Below are positions 20,798-29,293 of a stretch of DNA of 64,000 bases, piece by piece (position 1 is the stretch's first letter; each line of letters starts with the position of its first letter). The notes under the pieces were generated by a model that was given only the letters and a program-made list of their open reading frames with translations, made no database searches and had not been told where the DNA came from. The stretch spans positions 96,001 to 160,000 of the forward strand of contig CAVVUS010000018.1 in assembly GCA_963751345.1 (NCBI GenBank). Reading direction: 5' to 3'. The translations under genes were made by a program, and so were the position numbers. Origin of the DNA: an uncultured Chloroflexia bacterium. Lineage in GTDB: Bacteria > Chloroflexota > Anaerolineae > B4-G1 > SLSP01.

Positions 20798-21040
20798 ACG
20801 TTTCTCCTTGTGTAGGGAATAGCATGCGGGCCTCACTACAGAGACGCGCTGGTGGACATCGATTCTGTCCCTCCGTGAGTCCGATCGAACTCCCGGACGC
20901 CGCGCTGTGGTGCAGCCTGTCGTAGATTGTACAGCACGCGGTAGGTGGGTCAATTGTTGTATCCTTTGCACGGAGGTTTTCGTCTCTGTCGTGGCGTGCT
21001 ATGATGGGGCTATGAGTGAGTTGCACGAGGGGATATATCT

Positions 21041-21706
21041 ATGAGTTCCGCTGATCTCAAGACGTGGCTATCATCAGTGCCCCTGATGCAACAGGGGTAC
21101 CACTGCGAGTTGCTCCAACGCGTCAACACCCTCAGGGAGAATCACACGATCTATCCCCCGCGAGGGCGGGTTCTAAATGCGCTAGAGAAGACGCCGATTG
21201 GTGCCGTGAAAGTGGTCATCGTAGGTCAGGACCCCTACCATGGCGCCGGACAGGCGGATGGTCTGGCATTTTCCGTCCCGGAGGGGGTGCCTGCTCCCCC
21301 ATCACTGCGCAATATCTTCAAGGAGATCGCCGATGACGTCTATGACGGTGCCCCACCGGACTTTTCCACCGACCTGACTCGTTGGGCCGAGCAGGGCGTG
21401 CTGCTGCTCAATGCGAGCCTCACGGTGGAGGCGGGGAGTGCCGGCTCTCACAGCGAGTTGGGGTGGGCGGCACTGACGGATGCCATCATTGCACAACTAA
21501 GCGCCGATAGGGACCACTTGGTCTTTATGCTCTGGGGACGCTTTGCTCAATCAAAGCGATCCCTCATCGACGCCCACCGTCACCTCATCCTGGAGGCTCC
21601 CCATCCCTCACCACTCTCAGCATACCGTGGGTTCTTCGGATGCAGGCACTTTTCCAGGGCGAATGCTTATCTTGTCAGGTACGGCAGGGTCGAAATCGAG
21701 TGGTAG
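21041..21706 (+). CDS. ung: Uracil-DNA glycosylase, family 1
   Basis: GQDPYHG, PPSLRNI, GVLLLN and HPSPLS. Confidence 0.96.
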   Translation: MSSADLKTWLSSVPLMQQGYHCELLQRVNTLRENHTIYPPRGRVLNALEKTPIGAVKVVIVGQDPYHGAGQADGLAFSVPEGVPAPPSLRNIFKEIADDVYDGAPPDFSTDLTRWAEQGVLLLNASLTVEAGSAGSHSELGWAALTDAIIAQLSADRDHLVFMLWGRFAQSKRSLIDAHRHLILEAPHPSPLSAYRGFFGCRHFSRANAYLVRYGRVEIEW

Positions 21707-21806
21707 GGTCGTCGGTCTTGCTGCAACTTTGCGCAGCCGCGGCGCGTAGTATGTAAAGCATGCTGGGCTCGACCCATCATCACGGGCCGCAGAAACCGGC
21801 CATCTG

Positions 21807-21835
21807 TTGCGCAATAAGGTTGGATTTCGTATAAT
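21807..21835 (+). promoter_or_regulatory. Sigma70-type promoter for the DUF4126 gene
   Basis: TTGCGC-N17-TATAAT. Confidence 0.55.
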
Positions 21836-21856
21836 GGGATGCAGAAAGGAGCGGGG

Positions 21857-22441
21857 ATGGTTGAGGGTCTCCTGAGTCTCGCGTCGGCATTTGGGTTGTC
21901 GACTTCTGCCGGGTTGAACGCTTACATTCCGATGCTGACAGTGGCGCTGCTCGCCAAGTTCACCGGACTCATCCAGCTCGGGGAGCCTTGGTCCGCACTC
22001 ACCAGTTGGTGGATTATTGCCCTTCTGGTTGTGCTGCTCGCCATTGAGGAAGTAGCCGACAAGATCCCTGCGGTGGATACGGCTAATGATGTGATTCAGA
22101 CCTTGGTTCGTCCGACCGCGGGTGCGATTCTCTTCGCTGCGACCACGCAGTCCTCTATCCATATGCATCCGGTGCTCGCTTTCGGCTGTGGCGTACTATT
22201 CGCCGGCACCGTACACGTGGTCAAGGCGGGATCCCGTCCTGTTGTCACGGCCCTCTCGGCGGGCGTGGCCAACCCTGTGGTTAGCACGGTCGAGGACATT
22301 GTCTCCGCCGTGATGTCGTTCGTGTCGGTTCTCTTTCCCTATCTCGTAGTCGTCTGGCTACTTCTGCTGGGGTTGGCAATCTTCCTGATTGTGCGGGAGC
22401 GTCGCAGACGTCGTGAGAGACGCAGCATGAGGGTGGTCTGA
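21857..22441 (+). CDS. DUF4126 family membrane protein
   Basis: GLSTSAGLNAYIP, EEVADKIPAVD and NPVVSTVED. Confidence 0.85.
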   Translation: MVEGLLSLASAFGLSTSAGLNAYIPMLTVALLAKFTGLIQLGEPWSALTSWWIIALLVVLLAIEEVADKIPAVDTANDVIQTLVRPTAGAILFAATTQSSIHMHPVLAFGCGVLFAGTVHVVKAGSRPVVTALSAGVANPVVSTVEDIVSAVMSFVSVLFPYLVVVWLLLLGLAIFLIVRERRRRRERRSMRVV

Positions 22442-22484
22442 TCTGCCGTCCACTTTATCCTATTCTTGGCCAAAAGGGGGAATC

Positions 22485-22706
22485 ATGACTCAAGATCCGT
22501 ACTACAATCCGCAGCCCGCTGCTTATCCGGGGGAGCCGCCCGCCAAAAAGAGAAGCCCCTGGGTTATCATTCTGATCATTCTCGCTGTGCTGTTGCTGTG
22601 CTGCTGTGTCGTCCTCGTGGTTGGGTGGTTTGAGGGCGATCGGGTCGTACAGATGCTCAGGGATATGGGATACAACATCAACCTTTGCCTGCCTCTCGCA
22701 ATGTAG
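22485..22706 (+). CDS. Small Pro-rich single-TM protein with a CCC motif
   Basis: 73 aa; PPAKKRSPWVIILIILAVLLLCCCVV; aaggggg RBS. Confidence 0.75.
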   Translation: MTQDPYYNPQPAAYPGEPPAKKRSPWVIILIILAVLLLCCCVVLVVGWFEGDRVVQMLRDMGYNINLCLPLAM

Positions 22707-22859
22707 ATGCGGACGAGAGTCAACGCAAGCAGTTGACGCATCGCGTGTAGGGTTTCACAGGGCGGTGGTGAGGGGAGGTCGGCCGGCTACGTAGGTGTCC
22801 GGTGTGGATGTCTGCCCGCGCTACTGCAGGCTCACAGAGTTACAGGAAGGAAGGGCACA

Positions 22860-23477
22860 ATGAACGAGGATTCGCATTACGCAACACGACGGCTAGATCC
22901 GGAGTCTGAGGAACCGGATTCGATGGAAGAGACGGAAACAGGCGGGGAAACGCTCGTGACACCTCCGCCACTTCCCGAGTCGGAAGCTGCCACGCCACCC
23001 TCCCTGCCGGAGGAATCGGAAGGGCCGCCTCCCTTGCCGGAGGAGTCACAGGAACCCCCGCCCCTGCCGGAGGCTGGGACGGTCGTCGTTACGCCCCCGC
23101 CGCTGGACCAGGAGGCACCGGAGAACCTGGTGATCACCCCTTCGAGCCAGCCTCAACTTGAGGCGCCGGCGTCCTCTGCGGCGGCGCCCGAGCCCGTGAT
23201 TCCCAGTCCCTTTGAGGAGCCCGAGGCATCGTCACCGAGCACGCCGGATGTGGTCATGTCTTCCTACGGTGGCGGAGATCAGCCGGTTGTGACCCCCTCT
23301 GTCCCCTCCACGCCGCCGGCACAGCCACCGAAGAAGAACAACACGCTGCTCATCGTGATCATTGTGCTGGTCGTGCTATTGCTGCTATGCTGCTGCTGCG
23401 TCGTCGTCGCCGGCCTCATCTATACGCAGCAGCAGAGCTCGATGTCGCTGATACAGGGCGTTCTGGGCTTGCTCTAG
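22860..23477 (+). CDS. Pro/Glu-rich disordered protein with a C-terminal TM and CCCC motif
   Basis: Repeated PPPLPE(E)S units; PPKKNNTLLIVIIVLVVLLLLCCCCVVV. Confidence 0.78.
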   Translation: MNEDSHYATRRLDPESEEPDSMEETETGGETLVTPPPLPESEAATPPSLPEESEGPPPLPEESQEPPPLPEAGTVVVTPPPLDQEAPENLVITPSSQPQLEAPASSAAAPEPVIPSPFEEPEASSPSTPDVVMSSYGGGDQPVVTPSVPSTPPAQPPKKNNTLLIVIIVLVVLLLLCCCCVVVAGLIYTQQQSSMSLIQGVLGLL

Positions 23478-23487
23478 CGCATTTCTG

Positions 23488-23580
23488 CCCTTGCGAAGGT
23501 TGGCGAGGTGCCGTGTGAACACGGTGACGTCGCTTGCACAGTTGCTTGCACGAGGTGGCACCGTGTAACCTTCGCAAGGG
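23488..23580. repeat. REP-like element bounded by a perfect 14-bp inverted repeat
   Basis: cccttgcgaaggtt (23488-23501) and aaccttcgcaaggg (23567-23580). Confidence 0.6.
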
Positions 23581-23646
23581 TGGTTGCCCTGCACGGTGAC
23601 GCCCCGGGGAGACTCCTCCTCGGGGCGTTTGCTGTATAATACGGAC

Positions 23647-25543
23647 GTGGTAACACCCAGCGAGAAAGTACAGCAAAAGCTCGACACTCTTCCGCGAAAA
23701 CCCGGCTGTTACCTGATGCATAATGCCAAGGGCCGGGTGATTTACGTCGGGAAAGCGATAGACCTGGCGAGCCGGGTCCGCTCCTATTTTCATGCTTCTT
23801 CCCAGGAACACCCGAAGACGCGGCGCCTGGTGGGGGAGATCGCCGACATCGACTGGATCCTCACGGACTCCGAGGTTGAGGCCCTGATTCTCGAGGCCAA
23901 CCTCATCAAGAAGCACCGCCCTCGTTACAATGTGCGCCTTAAGGATGACAAGCGGTATCCCTATCTCAAGGTGACCCATGAGGATTTTCCGAAGGTCCTG
24001 ATCACACGCCAGATGCAGCGGGATGGGGGGCGGTATTTTGGCCCTTACACTTCGACGAGCGCGTTGCACGAGACGCTGGACCTGATTCGCCGCCTCTTCC
24101 CTTACCGGACCTGTGATCGCATCATCACGGGACAGGACCGCCGCGCGTGTCTCTACTACGATCTGAAGCTGTGCACCGCGCCGTGCATCGGGGCCGTGGA
24201 CAGGGCTCAGTATAACAGCGTGATTGACCAGTTGATCCAGTTCATGGGGGGGCAGACCGAGGAGGTGATGGAGGACATGCGGCAGCAGATCGATGCCGCA
24301 TCGACGGGGTTGCAGTTCGAGCGCGCGGCGCAGTTGCGCGATCGTTATCAGGCGCTCCAGCGCGTGATGGAACACCAGCGCATCATCACTACGGCAGCCA
24401 CCAATCAGGATGTTGTCGCGATGGCGCGAGATGACGGCAACGCGTGCGTGGAGATCTTCTTCGTGCGCAACGGAAAGCTGCTGGGGCGGGAGTATTTCGT
24501 GATGGAGGGCAGCAGTGGTGATAACGACGAGGAGATCGTGACGGCCTTCCTGGAGCAGTTTTACTCAGATGCGGCGTCGGTGCCGCCTGAGATTCTGCTT
24601 CCCGCCCAGATTGCCGAGGCCGCCGTCCTGGAGCAGTGGCTCCGCACCAAGCGCGGGGACGTGGTCTATATTGACGTCCCGAAAGACGGCCCGGGACGTG
24701 AGCTGCTCGACCTTGCATCGACCAACGCGACCGAGACCCTGCGGATGCTGAAGGCGCAGTGGGAGATGGACCAGCATCGCAGCGAGTCCGCCCTGAACGA
24801 GTTGCAGGAGGCGCTTGCCCTCGATCACCCGCCGATTCGGATGGAGTGCTACGATATCTCAACCACCCAGGGCGTCGAAGTCGTGGGCAGCATGGTCGTC
24901 TTCGAGCACGGCGTGCCAAAGAAGAGCCACTACCGCCGCTTCAAGATTCGCACGGTCGTGGGCCAAGATGACTTCGCCAGCATGCGCGAGGTCCTGACGC
25001 GGCGCTTTGATCGCTGGCGTCGCATCAGTGGTGGCGAGTTGAAGGGCTCACGCGGCAGCCAGGCCTGGGTCAAACTGCCGGACCTGCTCATCGTCGATGG
25101 GGGTAAGGGACAGCTGTCTATGGCGATGGAGGTGCTGGAGGCCTTCGACCTCACGGACCAGGTGCCCGCCATCGGGCTCGCCAAACGGTACGAAGAGGTC
25201 TTCCAGCCGGGAAAGCGTGTCCCTATTCGCTTCGATCCTTCCGCCCCCGCCATCCTATTGCTGCGCCGCATCCGCGATGAAGCGCATCGCTTTGCGATCA
25301 CTTACCACCGGCAGCGGCGGAACAAGACGGGGATTGGCCTCACAGATCGACGAGATCCCGGGCATCGGCCCGATGAAGCGCAAGGCCTTGCTCAAGCACT
25401 TTGGAGGCCTGGACGCGATCCAGAAAGCCGACGTCAAGGCTCTACAGGAGGTCCCGGGCATCTCCGAGGTGCTGGCCTCCAACATCGTTGCCCACTTCGA
25501 GCGGCTGCGCCAGGAGAAGGAGCGGGAGGGTGACGCTGTCTGA
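23647..25543 (+). CDS. uvrC: Excinuclease ABC subunit C, frameshift near 25335
   Basis: GIY-YIG PGCYLM/IYVGKA, RMECYDIS, DGGKGQL and RDEAHRFA; HhH IPGIGPMKRKALL in the next frame. Confidence 0.93.
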
Positions 25544-25544
25544 A

Positions 25545-25617
25545 TCACGGATTACAAGGATTGCAGGGATTTCACGGATGGCATGACTGCGCACCATCTC
25601 TGCCATCCGTGAAATCC
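25545..25617. terminator. 17-bp inverted repeat preceded by 9-nt periodic GGATT units, between convergent uvrC and thrS
   Basis: ggatttcacggatggca (25567-25583) and tgccatccgtgaaatcc (25601-25617). Confidence 0.6.
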
Positions 25618-25653
25618 TTTGATCTGGGTCCTCCGCGGTTCAGGCAGTCTCGT

Positions 25654-27447
25654 CTACTCCAGCGTCCGCGTCGCGATCGCTTCCTTCGCCCTCGCGAGGA
25701 AGTCCGCAACGGGCATCGCGCCGAGATTTTGCTCGCTGCGCAGGCGCACCGCCACCGCGCCATCCTCGACCTCGCGGTCGCCTACCACCAGCATGTACGG
25801 GACCTTCATCAACTGCGCGTCGCGGATCTTGGCGTTCATCCGTGAGGCCGACGCGTCAGTGCTGACACGGATCCCGGCTTCTCTCAGTTGGTCCTCGACT
25901 TGCTTGGCGTACTCGATGTGCCGGTCGGCGATGGGAATCAGGCGCGCTTGCTCGGGGCAGAGCCACACCGGGAAGGCACCCGCGTAGTGTTCCACCAGGA
26001 TGCCGAAGAAGCGCTCGATCGACCCCAAGAGCGCGCGGTGGACCATATAGGGCCGATGTTCAAGCCCATCCTCGCCCACGTAGGTCATGCCGAATCGCTC
26101 CGGCTCGTTGAAGTCGAACTGGATCGTCGTGAGCTGCCACGAACGGCCCAGCGCGTCCTTGACGTGCAAGTCGATCTTGGGACCGTAAAAGGCGCCGCCA
26201 CCTTCGTCGATGTCGTAGGCCAGCCCCTCCTCATTGATCGCGCGACGTAGCGACTCCTGGGCTTGCTCCCACTGCTCGGGCGCGCCCACGGCGTCGGCGG
26301 GTCGCGTCGCGAGATAGGCTTGGATGTCCTCGAAGCCGAAGGCGTGGAGCATCGACAGCGAGAAGCGCAGCACGCGCAGGATCTCGCCTTCGATCTGGTC
26401 GGGCGTGCAGATGATGTGCGCGTCGTCCTGGGTGAAGCCGCGGACCCGCATCAGGCCGTGGAGCACGCCACTCTTCTCGTAGCGGTACACCGTGCCCAGC
26501 TCGGCCCAACGCAGCGGCAGCTCGCGGTAGGAGCGGAGCCGCGTCTGGTAGATCATGATGTGGAAGGGACAGTTCATCGGCTTTAGATAGTAGTCCTGCC
26601 CGTCCACGTCCATCGGCGCATACATACCTTCTTTGTAGAAACCCAGGTGTCCGGACGTCTCCCACAGCCAAGACTTCCCGATGTGCGGGGTGTAGACTAG
26701 TTCATAGCCGCCTTTGAGGTGCCGATCGCGCCAGAAGTCCTCGATGGTCAGGCGCACGAGGGCGCCGCGTGGATGCCAGTAGGCCAGGCCGGGACCGGCC
26801 TCCTCGTGGAAGGAGAGCAGGTCGAGCTCGCGGATCAGGCGCCGGTGGTCGCGCTTCTTGACCTCCTCCAGCCACGCCAGATACTCGCGCAGCTCCTTGG
26901 GCTTCTCCCACGCCGTGCCGTAAATGCGCTGGAGCATGGGTCTCTCGGCGTCACCCCGCCAGTAGGCACCGGCGACGTTGAGCAGCTTGACCGCCTTGGG
27001 GTTGATATCCTTTGAGCTGTCGATATGCGGGCCGCGGCAGAGATCCACGAAGTCTCCGCTCCTGTAGATGGAGAGCTTCGGCGTCTCCTTCGTCTTCTCA
27101 CCGTATTCGTCGGTCCCACCCTGGAGGATGTCCCGGATCAGCTCCAGTTTGTAGGGCTGGTCCGCGAAGAGGGCGCGGGCCTGGTCCGGCGAGATCTCCT
27201 CATAGACGAAGTCGCGGCGCTCTTCAATGATCTCCTTCATCCGCGCCTCGATCTCCTCCAGATCCTCGTCGGTGAGGGGGCGCGGCAGGTCGAAGTCATA
27301 GTAGAACCCGTTCTCAATCGGTGGGCCAATCGCGATCTTGGCCTCCGGGAATTTCTCCAACACCGCAGCCGCCATCAGGTGCGCGGCGGAGTGCCGGATC
27401 CGGTACAGTTTGCTGTCGTGATACGCTTCGGACTGCCCTTCTGCCAT
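25654..27447 (-). CDS. thrS: Threonyl-tRNA synthetase
   Basis: RHSAAHL, GPPIENGFYYDF, DLCRGPH, KPMNCPFH, RVRGFTQDDAH and GAFYGPKID. Confidence 0.97.
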   Translation of the reverse strand: MAEGQSEAYHDSKLYRIRHSAAHLMAAAVLEKFPEAKIAIGPPIENGFYYDFDLPRPLTDEDLEEIEARMKEIIEERRDFVYEEISPDQARALFADQPYKLELIRDILQGGTDEYGEKTKETPKLSIYRSGDFVDLCRGPHIDSSKDINPKAVKLLNVAGAYWRGDAERPMLQRIYGTAWEKPKELREYLAWLEEVKKRDHRRLIRELDLLSFHEEAGPGLAYWHPRGALVRLTIEDFWRDRHLKGGYELVYTPHIGKSWLWETSGHLGFYKEGMYAPMDVDGQDYYLKPMNCPFHIMIYQTRLRSYRELPLRWAELGTVYRYEKSGVLHGLMRVRGFTQDDAHIICTPDQIEGEILRVLRFSLSMLHAFGFEDIQAYLATRPADAVGAPEQWEQAQESLRRAINEEGLAYDIDEGGGAFYGPKIDLHVKDALGRSWQLTTIQFDFNEPERFGMTYVGEDGLEHRPYMVHRALLGSIERFFGILVEHYAGAFPVWLCPEQARLIPIADRHIEYAKQVEDQLREAGIRVSTDASASRMNAKIRDAQLMKVPYMLVVGDREVEDGAVAVRLRSEQNLGAMPVADFLARAKEAIATRTLE

Positions 27448-27471
27448 TGCCTCTCTCCTTTCACGTCACAC

Positions 27472-27745
27472 ACAAAAAGCGCCCCACATCCTCTTGGGAC
27501 GTGGGGCGCCACGTGGTTCCACCCAAGTTCCTGAGACAGCGACTGCGCTCTCTCAGGCACTCTATAAACGCGATAACGGGCGAACCCGGGACGCTTTAAT
27601 TGGGTAGGGCGACGGGGTCGCCCACTCGTTCCAGCATCCGCTCGCGGGTGGTTTTCGCCGGGGCTGCGTGGAGGAGGCTCTCAGCCGGTGGCCTCCATTT
27701 TCTGTCACACTTCGCCGGGTACTCGTCCCGCTCAACGCTTTGTCA
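27472..27745 (-). ncRNA. T-box riboswitch (Thr) upstream of thrS
   Basis: Minus strand: stem I with GCTGAGAG loop, specifier gaaaACC (Thr codon, ~27650-27652), T-box AACTTGGGTGGAACCACG, then a GC hairpin and U tract. Confidence 0.9.
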
Positions 27746-27774
27746 CGTGCCTTCCGGCACGCTACCTTATCCAG

Positions 27775-27803
27775 ATTATATGTAAAGCACACAACAAAGT
27801 CAA
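27775..27803 (-). promoter_or_regulatory. Promoter of the thrS T-box leader
   Basis: Minus strand TTGACT-N17-TATAAT. Confidence 0.8.
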
Positions 27804-28157
27804 GGCGAATGCGCCACGGGGTGCATTTTGGCCTGGAGGCGAATCTGCAGCCGCGAAAATCGGTTCGTTTCGCAAAATGGGGATAGTAGCTTCCTTTTGT
27901 GAAAAATGTCTGTACGCGGATGCAGTCGTAGCCGCAATGCGGAGATCCTTCACTTCGTTCAGGATACAAGACCGCGCTCCTCTTTACTCCGCGGAGATGA
28001 ACCCCACCCGTGCGATGGGCGGACGGCGCTGCCCATGCCAAGGGGGCACTGAGAAAGTGTGTGCGAACCTCGTCGTGTATGAAAATAGTGTGTGATTATG
28101 CGTAGTCTCTCAATCTTGATGTGCGCTTAACCGCTTGCAGCCTTGCAGGCATAGGCC

Positions 28158-28233
28158 TTGACAGTTGCGGCTTCATGTGCTAGACTGTTTTTGACGTGTT
28201 ACATGTGATGTGTGGAATATTACAACTGATATC
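28158..28233 (+). promoter_or_regulatory. Island promoter P1 plus tandem heptamer operator array (gntR)
   Basis: TTGACA(28158)-N17-TAGACT; heptamers TGACGTG TTACATG TGATGTG TGGAATA TTACAAC TGATATC at 28192-28233. Confidence 0.7.
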
Positions 28234-28375
28234 TGCACGTGAACAGCGAATGTGCTCCCATACCCTCGTCGATGGCGAGTGATCTACGAGACGCGCTGTG
28301 CAAGTGTGCCCGGTAACGAACAATGCTATGTCAAGGCGTGATAGCGCCGTCAGCGGAAGCCTGAGGAGGGTACCT

Positions 28376-29089
28376 ATGCCCCTGAAACCATTGGATACAC
28401 CATCTTTGAGTGAACAAGCCTATATCGCTATCAAGGATTCCATCCTGTCTCTGGAGTTGCCGCCAGGGGAAACTCTGGGTATTGGTGACTTGGCGGACAA
28501 GTTGGGGGTGAGCCGCACCCCGGTGCGCGATGCGCTGCTGTTGCTGGAGAAAGATGGTCTGGTGGTTATGTTCCCCCAAAAGGGTGCAGTGGTTTCAGAG
28601 ATTCGTGCCCGGGACATTGAGGAGATATACGAACTGCGAATCTTGTTGGAGAGCTACGCAGTGCGTATTGCCACATCTCTACTTACCAATACCGAGCTGG
28701 ATCATATTGAGAGTATTTTGCAGGAAGCAGAGCAAACCTTCAATCGCGGCGAGTTGGTGCGCACTGCGGATATTAGCCGCACCCTCCACGATGTAGTGAT
28801 CGATAAGGTGGGTAACAGTCTGTTGAAGAAGTTTCTGGATGATCTCGAGATGCATTACACCCGCGTTCGTCGGCTCATAGTTCGTATTCCCGGGAGATTT
28901 GAGAAATCTCACCGACAGCACCAAGAGGTGCTTCAGGCCCTCCGTGGTCGCGATGCGGAGGCTGCCGCCGCTGCAATGGAATACCATCTGATCTCGGTGC
29001 GGGATGAAGCGCTTTCGCGGATGACTGTGCTAATGACGTATCTTGAAAATCCCCAGGAGCTCTCTTCGGCGCCGGCATTTCGTTCGTAA
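28376..29089 (+). CDS. GntR family (FCD domain) transcriptional regulator
   Basis: LADKLGVSRTPVRDAL HTH, IEEIYELRILLE, HQEVLQAL; gaggagg RBS. Confidence 0.92.
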   Translation: MPLKPLDTPSLSEQAYIAIKDSILSLELPPGETLGIGDLADKLGVSRTPVRDALLLLEKDGLVVMFPQKGAVVSEIRARDIEEIYELRILLESYAVRIATSLLTNTELDHIESILQEAEQTFNRGELVRTADISRTLHDVVIDKVGNSLLKKFLDDLEMHYTRVRRLIVRIPGRFEKSHRQHQEVLQALRGRDAEAAAAAMEYHLISVRDEALSRMTVLMTYLENPQELSSAPAFRS

Positions 29090-29293
29090 CCTGGCGCCAA
29101 TTAGCACCCTCGATCTGTCTCGCGACACTAAGGCAGATTAAACGCCTCAGCACTAACCAACGTCGCGTTGCACCGGAGGGTGCCGGCTGATCCTCTTGCC
29201 GGCCTCTCCATGACATCCGCATGCACATTGTAAGCTACTCAACCCTTATCTCAGGTCCTGCCCTCTCGTAGTTCTGAGCGAATTGGTCTACCT

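Noticed and set aside
28041-28070. Possible IS-end-like sequence ggggcactgagaaagt at the left edge of the island
   Set aside because: No matching inverted copy was seen at the right edge (58550-58730) and there is no associated transposase or integrase.
29101-29131. CIRCE-like TTAGCACCC half-site
   Set aside because: The second half-site at the 9-nt spacing is absent and no heat-shock gene follows.
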